A DNA stretch of 64,000 nucleotides from Methanobacteriota archaeon (GCA_013154005.1 JAADDK010000002.1:1729-65728), one strand, 5' to 3'; positions 19,391-30,123 are shown, numbered from the stretch's first letter. The notes: generated by a model from the letters alone, not told the origin. Program-made: numbers and translations.

Positions 19391-19702
19391 ATGATTGGAG
19401 AGGAAATTAAAAAAATTCGTGAAGCAGAGGAAAAAGCAGAGATGCTCGTCCGTGAGGCTCAGGAAAACAGTAAAAAGAGGGTGGAGAGTTTCAAAAAGGA
19501 GATTCAGGATAGAATAGCCGCTGAGCGAAAGGAGCTTATGGCTCGTGGCGAAGCTATGAAAAAAAGTGCTGAGGAAACTGCTAATAAAGAAGCAAAGCTT
19601 GTACGCTCGAAGTATCTTGAGAAAGCAGAGAAGATAAAGGCAATAGATGATGATAAAGTTAAAGAGACCGCTTCCGAGATTATTCATGAGTTATTAAGGT
19701 GA
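19391..19702 (+). CDS. atpH: A-type ATP synthase subunit H
   Basis: It is a small charged coiled-coil protein, MIGEEIKKIREAEEKAEMLVREAQ..., immediately upstream of atpI. The ORF track starts at 19367, but promoter geometry favours 19391. Confidence 0.75.
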   Translation: MIGEEIKKIREAEEKAEMLVREAQENSKKRVESFKKEIQDRIAAERKELMARGEAMKKSAEETANKEAKLVRSKYLEKAEKIKAIDDDKVKETASEIIHELLR

Positions 19703-19708
19703 AATAAA

Positions 19709-21841
19709 ATGCTTTTCCCAGCCAAGATGGCTGAAGTCGAGGTCCTTGTTCACAACTCGGTGAAATATCAGGTTCTTAAGGTTATGCAGCGGAATGCGTT
19801 TATCCATCTCACTCAGCATAATCTTCCTGTGGAGAATGCAAAGCCCTCTCCAGATGTCAACGTTCTGGTCGATTATAGCTTCAGACTTTCAAAGTTGATG
19901 TCCGTGCTGGATATCGCAAAAGTGAAAAAGGAAGGTATCAAGGAAATACTAAATCCCACAGCTCCCGAGCGTTTTCCAGTTAAAGATATGAATAGGGAGG
20001 AGGTACTTCAAGAGACTAAGAAACTTCTCGATGAGCTCGAGGAGGAAATACAGAGTATTGGTGAGGAGTGGGAGAAAATAGCCGAGGTTGAAGATAAACT
20101 GGAAACGAGACTCAGATATGCCCGTATGCTGTTGGGACTCGATTTTGATGTTTCATATCTCGGCACGGGTAAATATGCAATTATTACTGCAGGTACAGTA
20201 AAGGAGCTCGAACCGCTTTATAAGATTAAATCGCAAAATAAACTTGCGTTCTGGCATCGAGTAGAAGGCAAAAAAAATCCACTGTATATTGTGGTGGTGG
20301 CGTATTTAATCGAGGATAGAAAGGAGGTTGAATCAGCACTTAGATTTGCAAATTTCTCAGAGTTCGATTTAAGTGGGTTCAGGGGTAAGCCTGTGGAGGT
20401 CATAAAAGATATTGAGAACAGACTGGCAGCTGCTCAGAAAGAGCGCAAGAAACTTTTGTCGCAAATTGGGGAACTCAGAAAAAAGCATTATGGAAGAATT
20501 GCTGGTCTCTGGGATAACATCGAAAATGAAAAAATTAAAGAAGAAGCTCACAACAAAATGGGTTCAACAAAATACACAACTGTCATAAGAGGATATATTC
20601 AGAAAAAGCGTTTGGATGAGGCAATAGCCAAAATAAATGAAGTGTCAAAAGGACTTGCTTATATATCATGGAAAGACGCAGAGGGAGATAAGGTTCCAAC
20701 TGCGTTTAACAATCCCATTTTTCTCAGGCCTTTCCAGGCGTTTGTGGAGATGTATTCTATTCCGAAGTACGGGTATATAGAACCCACTGTGATAATTGCA
20801 CCTTTATTTGTTGCATATTTCGGGTTGACTCTGGGCGATGCTGGCTACGGTTTTATAATGGCAGTTTTGGGATATCTGCTTTGGTTTCATATTGGAAGAT
20901 ACAACTGGACAAACCGGACACTGGGTAAAATTCTGTTTGCCTCGGGGATCTCCGCGATAGTGTTTGGTCTGATACAGGGTAGCATATTTGGCCCGTTAAA
21001 CTCTTACAATCCTCTTTATCCATGGATTCATTATAAGCCAATTCTGGATGCCATGAACGACCCGGTCACGCTGCTGGTCATAGCGTTGATAGTCGGTATA
21101 GCACAGATTTCGCTGGGGCTTATACTGGGTGCGTATCATCATCTCAAGCACAAAAACTATGGTGATTTTCTCACTTCAGAGCTTTCGTGGTTTTTAATTT
21201 TGCCTGCGGGCGGGGCACTCATCGGCTACTATTTTGGGTGGTGGACCGTGCCCGTGATGATACAGAACATTTCATGGGTTATGCTGCTCATAGGATTTGC
21301 GCTTCTTTCGGGTGTGCCCGGGCATATGGTTAATAAAAAATCGGAAATCAACGCCATGGCGTTCTTTGACGTCACCGGGATGATTGGAGACTGGCTCTCG
21401 TATTCTCGACTTCTTGCACTTGATCTGGCCACATCCGGTCTGGCGCTTACAATAAATCTCTTTGCTGATATCATTCGGGGAATGGTTGTGGGCGCAGGGA
21501 GTATGGTATGTTGCATGCCACTTTTAATTATTGGCTTTGCGTTGTTTGCGTTCGTGGCGCGCACCAGAGATAAGATGAAAATAGGCATTGCGGCAGTTCT
21601 TCTTCTGTTCGGTGCAGTGGGTATGGTAAGTTTATCTGCGGCGCTGTGGCTGTTTATCGGGGTATTCCTGATTGCGGGGCACATTGGCAACGCGATTCTG
21701 CAATCGCTGGGCTCTTTTGTGCATTCTTTGAGGTTACAGTACGTGGAATTCTTCTCAAAATTCTATGAGGGAGAAGGTGTGAAGTTTGAACCGTTTAGAG
21801 AAATTAGGAAGCACTCGCGTGTTGGAGGTGTGAAAAAATGA
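19709..21841 (+). CDS. atpI: A-type ATP synthase subunit I (stator a-subunit)
   Basis: A soluble coiled-coil N-terminal half of about 340 aa is followed by a multi-TM C-terminal half with the conserved SYSRLLALDLATSGLA motif. Confidence 0.9.
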   Translation: MLFPAKMAEVEVLVHNSVKYQVLKVMQRNAFIHLTQHNLPVENAKPSPDVNVLVDYSFRLSKLMSVLDIAKVKKEGIKEILNPTAPERFPVKDMNREEVLQETKKLLDELEEEIQSIGEEWEKIAEVEDKLETRLRYARMLLGLDFDVSYLGTGKYAIITAGTVKELEPLYKIKSQNKLAFWHRVEGKKNPLYIVVVAYLIEDRKEVESALRFANFSEFDLSGFRGKPVEVIKDIENRLAAAQKERKKLLSQIGELRKKHYGRIAGLWDNIENEKIKEEAHNKMGSTKYTTVIRGYIQKKRLDEAIAKINEVSKGLAYISWKDAEGDKVPTAFNNPIFLRPFQAFVEMYSIPKYGYIEPTVIIAPLFVAYFGLTLGDAGYGFIMAVLGYLLWFHIGRYNWTNRTLGKILFASGISAIVFGLIQGSIFGPLNSYNPLYPWIHYKPILDAMNDPVTLLVIALIVGIAQISLGLILGAYHHLKHKNYGDFLTSELSWFLILPAGGALIGYYFGWWTVPVMIQNISWVMLLIGFALLSGVPGHMVNKKSEINAMAFFDVTGMIGDWLSYSRLLALDLATSGLALTINLFADIIRGMVVGAGSMVCCMPLLIIGFALFAFVARTRDKMKIGIAAVLLLFGAVGMVSLSAALWLFIGVFLIAGHIGNAILQSLGSFVHSLRLQYVEFFSKFYEGEGVKFEPFREIRKHSRVGGVKK

Positions 21842-23172
21842 AAAAATTGATGCTGGCTTTGCTGCTCATGCTTTTGCTGAGCGGAGTGGCGTACGGTGGA
21901 GAGGTTAATGTGACGCATTACACGTGGTATAAAACGGATACAAAAGAGACCACGTCTGTGGAATCCACCACCTTTGTGGTTGGTGATACGTATGTGTTTG
22001 AGTACAGTGATAACGGTAAGGTTTTGGATAATGTGAGCTGGGTTATCACAAACATGAATGATGGAACTGAGCATGTGTATGTGGGCAATCCGGTAAGGGT
22101 GCAGTTCCAGGAGGCCGCGTATTATAACATCACTGTTAAAGAGGGTAACAATGTGGTTTATACCCACAAGATAAAAGTCCACGATGGGCCTCTGGGTGCG
22201 TATCTTGCGCTAATCGGTGCGGGTATTGCGGTGGGTGCATCGGGTATGGGAGCGGCAATCGGTGTGGGTATTGCTGGGGCCAGCGGTACTGCTGCAATCG
22301 CTGAAGATCCTAAAAGATTTAGAAACGCGCTCATATTTCAGGCATTTCCGCAGACACAGGCTATTTACGGGCTGCTTGTGGGTATAATGATTCTGATGTA
22401 CACGCATGCGTTCGCGTCTACACTGCATGTAAACATCGACGTGCCGGTGGGCGCCGGACTTATCGCGCTTGGTGCAGGATTGTCAGTGGGTATTGCGGGG
22501 CTCAGCGCCATAGGTCAGGGTATTGTGGCTGGTACAGGTATAGGTGTGACCCGAAAAGAGGGTACGTTCGGTAAGGCTGTGGTGTTCACAGTGCTGCCAG
22601 AAACCCAGGCAATTTACGGTTTGCTTATTGCAATTCTTCTGCTTCAGGGACTAACCTGGATGATGAACAAGTCGCTATCACCATCGTATATGCTTGGCAT
22701 GGGTATCGCTGCGGTGGGTGTCGGTCTCGGCATGGGACTTAGCGGTATCACGGCCATAGGTCAGGGCATTGCTGCCGCAGGTGGTTCTGCTGCCACCACA
22801 CAGAATCCAAAGGCTTTCTCCTCATCAATTATATTTGCGGTGCTTCCAGAAACCCAGTCCATATACGCGCTTCTGGCGGGTATACTTGTAATTACGTCTA
22901 TGAACCTGATGGGTGGGGTGCCTCACTTTGCGCCGTATCAGACGGTGTTAATAGGTCTCGGGGTTCTGGGCATAGGTTTCTCGGTAGGTCTGGCAGGCAT
23001 AAGCGGTATCGGACAGGGTATAACCGCCGGAGCCGGTGCAGCGGCGTATGTGAAGAATCCAGGTACCAGAAGCCGAGCAATTATACTGTCTGTGATGAGC
23101 GAAACTTTTGCCATATTCGGATTGTTGATGGCGATACTGATTATGATGTCTCTGGGCATATTTGGAGGATGA
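21838..23172 (+). CDS. atpK: A-type ATP synthase proteolipid subunit K: four fused hairpins preceded by a signal peptide and a beta-rich ectodomain of about 95 aa
   Basis: The ATGA overlap with the atpI stop is at 21838-21841. N-terminus is MKKLMLALLLMLLLSGVAYG. The four hairpins end in AFPQTQAIYG (Gln), VLPETQAIYG, VLPETQSIYA and VMSETFAIFG. Confidence 0.85.
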   Translation: MKKLMLALLLMLLLSGVAYGGEVNVTHYTWYKTDTKETTSVESTTFVVGDTYVFEYSDNGKVLDNVSWVITNMNDGTEHVYVGNPVRVQFQEAAYYNITVKEGNNVVYTHKIKVHDGPLGAYLALIGAGIAVGASGMGAAIGVGIAGASGTAAIAEDPKRFRNALIFQAFPQTQAIYGLLVGIMILMYTHAFASTLHVNIDVPVGAGLIALGAGLSVGIAGLSAIGQGIVAGTGIGVTRKEGTFGKAVVFTVLPETQAIYGLLIAILLLQGLTWMMNKSLSPSYMLGMGIAAVGVGLGMGLSGITAIGQGIAAAGGSAATTQNPKAFSSSIIFAVLPETQSIYALLAGILVITSMNLMGGVPHFAPYQTVLIGLGVLGIGFSVGLAGISGIGQGITAGAGAAAYVKNPGTRSRAIILSVMSETFAIFGLLMAILIMMSLGIFGG

Positions 23173-23176
23173 TCCC

Positions 23177-23764
23177 ATGGCTGATTCGGTGGACAGAATA
23201 GTGGAGAAAATACTGGCAGATGCCCGTGCGCGGGCGGCTGAATTTGATCAGGAAGCCCAGAGGAAGATAGATGAGATACGAGAGGAGGAAGAATCGAGAT
23301 GGGAAAAGGAAAAGGCGCGGCTTGAAGCGGAGTTCAGGAGAGAGGCGGAGGATATACGAATCCAGATTCTCTCCAGGGCCCATATGGAAGGCAAGCGTCT
23401 TATAGTAAATGCCCGTGAAGAGGTTATCAACCGTGTAATTGAGGCGATTCGACGTGGAATCCGCGATTCTTCGGATTACTCTAACTATTTGCGGAGAAGC
23501 GTGGAAAATGCCAGGGAAATTCTCGGAGATAAATTCGTGGTAAAATGCATTCCTGAGGACAAAGAAACGGTTAATGCCATAGTTTCGGAGGTGGCTCCCG
23601 GTGCCACTGTGGAGATAGGTATGATTCGAAACGGTGGGTTACTGGTTGAGTCCATGGATGGACTTCGGGTGGTGGATTACAGTGTGGATGCCCTGGTTAG
23701 CAGGAGAATGCAGGATATTCGAAAGATGATACTGGATAAGCTGTTTGAGGGAGAGTATGCTTGA
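23177..23764 (+). CDS. atpE: A-type ATP synthase subunit E
   Basis: N-terminus is MADSVDRIVEKILADARARAAEFDQEAQRKIDEI. GGAGG lies 8 nt upstream of ATG 23177. The ORF track's TTG at 23162 is less likely. Confidence 0.85.
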   Translation: MADSVDRIVEKILADARARAAEFDQEAQRKIDEIREEEESRWEKEKARLEAEFRREAEDIRIQILSRAHMEGKRLIVNAREEVINRVIEAIRRGIRDSSDYSNYLRRSVENAREILGDKFVVKCIPEDKETVNAIVSEVAPGATVEIGMIRNGGLLVESMDGLRVVDYSVDALVSRRMQDIRKMILDKLFEGEYA

Positions 23765-24848
23765 CGCCAACACCATAATCCTGGTGGCCATATCCGCGGC
23801 CTTCATTGCCGTTCTGATAGCGGTAATCGTATTCATGGGCTATCTCCGAAAGATACTGAGCATTGCATCGTACATGGCGCCCAACGCCACGATTTTTGCC
23901 ATTGGCTCTAAATATACAGAGAATGAGTACATTGATAAACTTCTCGAGATGAGCAGTGTTCAGGAGGTTCTGGCCGATGTGAAAAAGGAGGGCTATCATA
24001 TAGATGACCCATCCGTGGCTGATATTCAGATTGAAAAAGATTTGATAGACATGCTCCGCAATGTCATTGCGACGCTTCCAGAAGGTGTGCGCCAGTTTGC
24101 GGAGGTTTACATGCTCAAATACGAGGCAAATATAGTCAAGCGGATATTGCGTGCCAAAAATGCGCGATTATCCGCTTCGGAGATTTATCGGGTTGTGTAT
24201 CCGGGAGATGTAATAAACGACCTCGTAATCAATCATATGATAGAGGCTACCGGGGTGGAGGATGCTATCGCGGCCCTTGATGCGACTCCGTTCCGGGATG
24301 CGGTTCATGCATGGGCAGAGCGCAACTCTCTGTTTGATGTGGACGTTTTTCTCGATAAAGTGGTGTTTGAGAAGATACTAGAAGCAAAAAGCACAATCGA
24401 TGAGGATAGCAGAGAGGCGGTAGAAAAGTTTTCGTCCATTTTGGTGGATGTTTATAATTTGAAGACAATAGTGAGGGCCAAGTTTGCAGGAGCGGAAGGA
24501 GTTGAGAACTATCTCGTGGAGGGGGGATATGAGCTTTCCGAATGGAAACTGAAAAATATGGCAGAGGCCCGCACCGTGGAAGAGATGCTCACCCAGCTGG
24601 AGGGCACAGAGTACGCATTTGTTAGAGAGTACAGAAACGCATTTGAGATTGAGCTTGCTCTCGACAGGTATCTTCTGAATAAGGTTAACGAAATTGGAAT
24701 GGTTTACGCGGTCTCGGCGGGACCTGCGGTGATGTTCCTGGTGGCTAAGGAATATGAGGCCAGAAATTTGAAGGCCATAATTAAGGGAATGCTTATGGGT
24801 GTCTCTCGCGATAAAATAAGAAGTATGCTGGTGGGTGGTGCGATGTGA
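23757..24848 (+). CDS. atpC: A-type ATP synthase subunit C (V-type d homologue) with a hydrophobic N-terminal segment
   Basis: Position in the operon supports the call, as do the helical repeats and the SYMAPNATIFAIGSKYTENEYIDKLL region, which corresponds to the conserved N-terminal motif of AtpC. Start is ATG 23757 (or 23745). Confidence 0.8.
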   Translation: MLDANTIILVAISAAFIAVLIAVIVFMGYLRKILSIASYMAPNATIFAIGSKYTENEYIDKLLEMSSVQEVLADVKKEGYHIDDPSVADIQIEKDLIDMLRNVIATLPEGVRQFAEVYMLKYEANIVKRILRAKNARLSASEIYRVVYPGDVINDLVINHMIEATGVEDAIAALDATPFRDAVHAWAERNSLFDVDVFLDKVVFEKILEAKSTIDEDSREAVEKFSSILVDVYNLKTIVRAKFAGAEGVENYLVEGGYELSEWKLKNMAEARTVEEMLTQLEGTEYAFVREYRNAFEIELALDRYLLNKVNEIGMVYAVSAGPAVMFLVAKEYEARNLKAIIKGMLMGVSRDKIRSMLVGGAM

Positions 24849-25165
24849 AGATGGCAGTGCTTGGCGACGAGGAATTCGTGCTGGGGTTCAAATTGGCGGG
24901 TGTGAAGGTGGCCCGCACGTGTGAGAATGCAGAGGAGACGCGCCGCGCACTGGAAGAGTTTCGAGGTATGAACGATATTGCAGTGCTATTGATTCAGCGC
25001 AAATACGCGCGAATGGTTGGAGAGTATTTGCATGAGTGGAAATCCAAGAAAGATATTTATCCGGTTATTGTCGAGCTTCCCGGGTATGGAGAGCGGGAAG
25101 AGGTTGAAGACCCGATGCGTGAAGTTATCAGAAGAGCGATAGGTATAGACATTATGAAGAGGTGA
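24845..25165 (+). CDS. atpF: A-type ATP synthase subunit F
   Basis: It is about 100 aa, with [18 protein letters not shown] and the operon position between C and A. Confidence 0.85.
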   Translation: MKMAVLGDEEFVLGFKLAGVKVARTCENAEETRRALEEFRGMNDIAVLLIQRKYARMVGEYLHEWKSKKDIYPVIVELPGYGEREEVEDPMREVIRRAIGIDIMKR

Positions 25166-26919
25166 AAGATATGGGAAAGATAATAAGGGTTGCAGGACCC
25201 GTGGTGATTGCGGACGGTATGCGTGGCAGTGAGATGTACGAAGTGGTTCGTGTGGGCGAAGAGGGTCTCATAGGTGAGATTATAGCCCTTGCAGGAGATA
25301 GAGCCACGATTCAGGTTTATGAAGAGACCTCTGGTATAAAACCGGGTGAGAAGGTGGTACGCACCAACGCGCCTCTTTCTGTAATTCTTGGTCCCGGTAT
25401 TATTGGCCAGATTTACGATGGTATCCAGCGTCCCTTGCCAAAGATTAAGGAAAACATGGGCGATTTCATCCAGCGCGGAGCCAACGTTGCTCCGCTGGAT
25501 TTTGATAAAAAATGGCATTTTGTACCCAAAGTTAAGGTTGGTACGGAGGTGCAGGGCGGCGACGTTCTGGGTGTGGTAAATGAGACAAACCTTGTGGAGC
25601 ACCGAGTGATGGTGCCCCCCGATATTTCGGGTACAGTGGAGTTTATAGTCGATGAGGGGGATTATACCATTGAAGAAGTAATAGCCAGAATTGGCGGTAA
25701 AGATGTTAAGATGTACCAGCGCTGGCCTGTGAGAAAACAGAGACCCTTTAACAGAAAGCTGGATCCCACGGAATTGCTCGTTACTGGACAGCGTGTCCTT
25801 GATACGTTTTTCCCAATTGCAAAGGGTGGTGCAGCGGCCATTCCCGGCGGGTTCGGAACGGGAAAGACCGTGACGCAGCACCAGCTTGCAAAGTGGAGCG
25901 ATGCCGAAGTCATAGTTTATGTGGGCTGCGGTGAGCGTGGAAACGAGATGACCGAGGTGCTTGAAGATTTTCCAAAACTTAAGGATCCGAAAACGGGCGA
26001 GCCGCTTATGAACCGAACGATTCTTATAGCCAATACCTCGAATATGCCGGTGGCTGCAAGGGAGGCCAGTATTTATACGGGTATTACAATCGCTGAATAC
26101 TTCCGGGATATGGGATACAATGTGGCACTTATGGCAGATTCCACATCTCGCTGGGCCGAAGCGTTACGAGAAATTTCCGGACGTCTGGAAGAGATGCCCG
26201 GTGAGGAGGGTTATCCAGCATATCTCGCATCACGCCTCGCGGAATTCTACGAACGTGCGGGTTACGTGAATGTTCTGGGTACTGATGAGAGAAAGGGATC
26301 GGTCACAGTGGTGGGCGCAGTTTCTCCGCCGGGTGGGGACTTCTCGGAGCCGGTAACACAGAATACTTTGCGTATCGTTAAGGTGTTCTGGGCTCTGGAT
26401 GCAGAGCTTGCGCATAAACGACATTTTCCCTCAATCAACTGGCTTCGCTCGTATTCGCTGTACCTTAACACGATTCGGGGCTGGTGGGAACGAAATGTTG
26501 CAAAGGATTGGTACGATATGCGAAGAGAAGCCATGGGTATTCTGCAGAGAGAGGCTGAGTTACAGGAGATTGTGCAGCTTGTGGGTCCCGATGCACTGCC
26601 GGCTAAGGAGCAGGCCCTTCTCGAGACTGCCAGGTCCATCAGAGAGGATTTTCTGCAGCAAAACGCGTTTCATGACGTTGATACGTACTGCCCCGCGGAG
26701 AAACAGTACGATATGCTGCGCATAATATTAAAGTTCCATGCTCTTGCAACACAGGCGGTGGAACGGGGTGTGCCTGTGGACAAAATCCGCAGATTATCCG
26801 TTAAGGAAGATATAGCGTACATGGGTCGTATACCCAACGACACATACAAAGAGGAGTTTAAGAAAATTGAGGATAAGCTTGAGGCGGAGATTGCCAAGCT
26901 CATAGCCGAGGTGAGCTAA
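25162..26919 (+). CDS. atpA: A-type ATP synthase catalytic subunit A
   Basis: Contains [14 protein letters not shown], Walker [11 protein letters not shown] and the [27 protein letters not shown] motif. An alternative ATG is at 25171. Confidence 0.97.
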   Translation: MKDMGKIIRVAGPVVIADGMRGSEMYEVVRVGEEGLIGEIIALAGDRATIQVYEETSGIKPGEKVVRTNAPLSVILGPGIIGQIYDGIQRPLPKIKENMGDFIQRGANVAPLDFDKKWHFVPKVKVGTEVQGGDVLGVVNETNLVEHRVMVPPDISGTVEFIVDEGDYTIEEVIARIGGKDVKMYQRWPVRKQRPFNRKLDPTELLVTGQRVLDTFFPIAKGGAAAIPGGFGTGKTVTQHQLAKWSDAEVIVYVGCGERGNEMTEVLEDFPKLKDPKTGEPLMNRTILIANTSNMPVAAREASIYTGITIAEYFRDMGYNVALMADSTSRWAEALREISGRLEEMPGEEGYPAYLASRLAEFYERAGYVNVLGTDERKGSVTVVGAVSPPGGDFSEPVTQNTLRIVKVFWALDAELAHKRHFPSINWLRSYSLYLNTIRGWWERNVAKDWYDMRREAMGILQREAELQEIVQLVGPDALPAKEQALLETARSIREDFLQQNAFHDVDTYCPAEKQYDMLRIILKFHALATQAVERGVPVDKIRRLSVKEDIAYMGRIPNDTYKEEFKKIEDKLEAEIAKLIAEVS

Positions 26920-28326
26920 ATGGAAGTTGAATATAAAACTATAAGGGAGGTAAAAGGTCCGTTGCTAATTGTGGAAAACACCCGGGATGTGGCCTATGGA
27001 GAGGTTGTGAAGATTCGAGGCCCAGATGGTAAGGAGCGTCTGGGACAGGTGCTGGAGGCAAGAGAGAATATGGCGGTTGTGCAGGTTTTTGAAGGTACAC
27101 GCGGGCTTGATGTGAAAAACACCTCTGTGAAATTTCTGGGAGATACGCTCAAAATTGGTGTATCCCTTGAAATGTTGGGTCGTGTGTTCGATGGCACCGG
27201 GCGCCCAATAGACGGTGGTCCAGATATAATACCTGAGGAGATGCGAGATATAAACGGAAATCCGATAAATCCTGCGGCGAGGGAGTATCCCCGTGAGTTT
27301 ATTCAGACGGGCATATCCACCATCGATGGTATGAACACCCTGGTGCGCGGTCAGAAACTTCCTATATTCAGTGGTGCGGGTCTGCCGCACAACGATATTG
27401 CCGCGCAGATTGCGAGGCAGGCAAAGGTGCGTGGTGAGGGTGAAAAATTCGCCGTGGTTTTCGTGGCTATGGGCATTACCGCTGAGGAAGCCAACTTTTT
27501 CCGCAAAGAGTTCGAGAGAACCGGGGCCCTTGAACGCACTGTGCTGTTCCTGAATCTGGCAAATGATCCTGCTATTGAGAGGATTGTGATTCCGAGAATG
27601 GGACTCACGGTGGCCGAGTATCTGGCGTTCGAGAAAGATATGCATGTTCTCGTCATTCTGACAGATATGACGAATTACTGCGAAGCACTGCGCGAAATAT
27701 CCGCCGCACGAGAAGAGGTGCCCGGACGCCGTGGATATCCGGGTTATATGTACACGGACCTCGCTATGCTTTACGAGCGCGCGGGAAGAATAAGAGAGAA
27801 GAACGGAAGCATAACCCAGATCCCGATTCTGACCATGCCCGACGACGATATGACACACCCGATTCCAGACCTCACGGGGTATATCACGGAGGGTCAGATA
27901 GTGCTTAGCAGAGAACTGCATCGCCGCGGCATCTATCCTCCGATTAATCCGCTGCCTTCTCTGTCCAGACTTATGAAAGAGGGTATTGGTGAGGGGCGTA
28001 CTCGGGAAGACCACTCTGGTGTGGCGAATCAGCTTTACGCTGCCTATGCAGAGGGATTGCGTCTCCGTGATCTCGTGGCGGTGGTTGGTGAAGAGGCTTT
28101 GACAGAAGAGGACAGAATCTTGCTCAAATTTGCAGATGCTTTTGAGGATAAGTTCATCACTCAGGGCAGCGATGACGACCGCAGCATAGAAGAAACCCTG
28201 ACCATTGCCTGGGAACTGCTTGCAATGCTTCCTCGCAGTTACCTGAAAAAGATAGATAAGAAGTATATAGAGACGTATCTGCCAATGACGCCAGATGTAC
28301 CAGTACTGCCTGAAGACGAGATTTAA
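26920..28326 (+). CDS. atpB: A-type ATP synthase subunit B
   Basis: Motifs seen: [35 protein letters not shown] and [35 protein letters not shown]. Confidence 0.97.
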   Translation: MEVEYKTIREVKGPLLIVENTRDVAYGEVVKIRGPDGKERLGQVLEARENMAVVQVFEGTRGLDVKNTSVKFLGDTLKIGVSLEMLGRVFDGTGRPIDGGPDIIPEEMRDINGNPINPAAREYPREFIQTGISTIDGMNTLVRGQKLPIFSGAGLPHNDIAAQIARQAKVRGEGEKFAVVFVAMGITAEEANFFRKEFERTGALERTVLFLNLANDPAIERIVIPRMGLTVAEYLAFEKDMHVLVILTDMTNYCEALREISAAREEVPGRRGYPGYMYTDLAMLYERAGRIREKNGSITQIPILTMPDDDMTHPIPDLTGYITEGQIVLSRELHRRGIYPPINPLPSLSRLMKEGIGEGRTREDHSGVANQLYAAYAEGLRLRDLVAVVGEEALTEEDRILLKFADAFEDKFITQGSDDDRSIEETLTIAWELLAMLPRSYLKKIDKKYIETYLPMTPDVPVLPEDEI

Positions 28327-29207
28327 TTTATAATCTCTTTTATTATTTCTGGATATCTTGTTATTTTGTCTGCCACTATGGTTGTGCATCTTTTTCCGCT
28401 TTCTGCTATTTTTCTTGCGTGGTAGTAATTTGCTCCAGATGTGGGACCTCCCGGAATGCCCATCTTTCTAAGCATATCCATCCCTTCAATGGATTCCTGT
28501 GCGGATACATAGATAATCTGGTCCACCACATTTTCATCTATTGCCATTTGAATGAGCTCTGGAAAGCTGTGGTATGTGAAACCTTCCATAATTTCTAAGT
28601 CTTCTTCTTTTTCTCCGCTCAATTGCTCCTGTGCAAGCGAGCCACGAGGCAGCAAAAGCACAATTTCTGCATTCAGGTGTTCCTTTAGATATTTCCCAGC
28701 TCCGTACACCGTGCCCCCCGTGCCCGCACCCATTACGAACACCTCCGTGTCCGGTGCCTGCTTTGCAATCTCCGGACCGGTTGTCTCATAGTGAGCCTTG
28801 AAATTTGCCATGTTCCGAGTTTGAGCCAGAAACGTGCCACCGCGCTCCGTGGCTATTTCCTCCGCTAAAATGTGTCCATCGATATCCTCTGGCACATTGA
28901 TTATCTCAGCTCCAAACAGTTTAATCAGATTTATTTTCATGCCGCTGGTTCCCTCAGGCACCAGGATTATGCTTTTCAAGTGCATCTGTAACGCAACCCA
29001 TGCCACTGAGATGCCTGTGTTGCCGGAAGTGTATTCTACCACAGTATCTCCCGGCTTCAATCCCCTTTCCATGGCCTCTTTTATCATGTAAAAAGCGGTT
29101 CTATCTTTGTGACTTCCGGTGGGATTGAAAAACTCCAGTTTCAAATTCACGTTTCCGAATTTAATCATAGGTGTGTTACCCACTAAATGCAACATTTTAC
29201 TCACCAA
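28323..29207 (-). CDS. PLP-dependent cysteine synthase-family enzyme
   Basis: Motifs seen: GNTPMIKF...[20 protein letters not shown] (PLP lysine), [10 protein letters not shown] and [16 protein letters not shown]. Confidence 0.8.
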   Translation of the reverse strand: MVSKMLHLVGNTPMIKFGNVNLKLEFFNPTGSHKDRTAFYMIKEAMERGLKPGDTVVEYTSGNTGISVAWVALQMHLKSIILVPEGTSGMKINLIKLFGAEIINVPEDIDGHILAEEIATERGGTFLAQTRNMANFKAHYETTGPEIAKQAPDTEVFVMGAGTGGTVYGAGKYLKEHLNAEIVLLLPRGSLAQEQLSGEKEEDLEIMEGFTYHSFPELIQMAIDENVVDQIIYVSAQESIEGMDMLRKMGIPGGPTSGANYYHARKIAESGKRCTTIVADKITRYPEIIKEIIN

Positions 29208-30123
29208 ATATTCGACCTATAAACCAGTCCACATCAAATTTCATCAGGTCATCATACTCCTGTCCCGTACCCAGGAACAGTATGGGCTTATCAATCTCGT
29301 ATGCGATACTTATTGCGGCCCCGCCCTTTGCGTCAGCGTCTATTTTGTTCAGTATCACGCCATCCACACCCACCTCTGTGTCAAATGCCCGGGCCTGTTC
29401 AATCGCGTCGTTACCTGCAAGGGCATCGCCGACGAATATCGTGAGATGTGGCTTGGCCACTCTCTTAATCTTCTTCATCTCATCCATCAAATTACGGTTG
29501 GTCTGCATTCTCCCCGCAGTGTCGATGAGCACAAAATCCCGGTGCTTCGCTTTAGCATGCTCTATTGCATCATAGGCCACGGCGGCCGGGTCTCCGCCAG
29601 CCTGATGCTTGATAACTTTCACACCAAGATTCTCGCCATGTATGGAAATCTGCTCAATTGCACCTGCCCGAAATGTGTCAGATGCGGCTATGACCACCGA
29701 ATATCCGTGCTCCATAAGGTATTTTGCAAGCTTTGCTATCACAGTGGTCTTTCCGGTGCCGTTCACTCCCAGGAACATAATGATGCATGGTTTGGTGCAG
29801 TTCTTTGCAAAAGTATCAAAATCAAATTCCTTATCCAGAATTTTTTTGAGCGAGCGGCGAAGCGTGTTTTCCACGATCTTTCCCACATCCGCACCAAGTT
29901 TGACCTTTTTACCCACAAGTTCCTTCTTTATATCCTCTTTCAGTTTTTCAATAACGTCCACCGCTACATCCGCTTCCATCAGCGCAATCTCCAGGTCCCA
30001 GAGAAACTCATCCAATTTTTCCTCCTTAAGCCGCTTGCCCATTCCAGAGGTGAACTCATTGCCCAGTTCCTCGTTTGCCTTCTTTTTTAGATTGCGGATT
30101 TTTTCTTTAAGGAGTTTGAACAT
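29197..30123 (-). CDS. ftsY: Signal recognition particle receptor FtsY
   Basis: Motifs seen: IIMFLGVNGTGKTTVIAKLA, DTFRAGAIEQ, LIDTAGRMQ and LNKIDADAKGGAAISI. Confidence 0.95.
   Translation of the reverse strand: MFKLLKEKIRNLKKKANEELGNEFTSGMGKRLKEEKLDEFLWDLEIALMEADVAVDVIEKLKEDIKKELVGKKVKLGADVGKIVENTLRRSLKKILDKEFDFDTFAKNCTKPCIIMFLGVNGTGKTTVIAKLAKYLMEHGYSVVIAASDTFRAGAIEQISIHGENLGVKVIKHQAGGDPAAVAYDAIEHAKAKHRDFVLIDTAGRMQTNRNLMDEMKKIKRVAKPHLTIFVGDALAGNDAIEQARAFDTEVGVDGVILNKIDADAKGGAAISIAYEIDKPILFLGTGQEYDDLMKFDVDWFIGRIFGE

Noticed and set aside
26965-28389. A 474-aa ORF on the minus strand, as long as atpB itself.
   Set aside because: It is exactly antisense to atpB, whose translation carries unambiguous A-ATPase B-subunit motifs. 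The antisense product has no recognisable motif and a His/Arg/Cys-rich composition typical of shadow ORFs.
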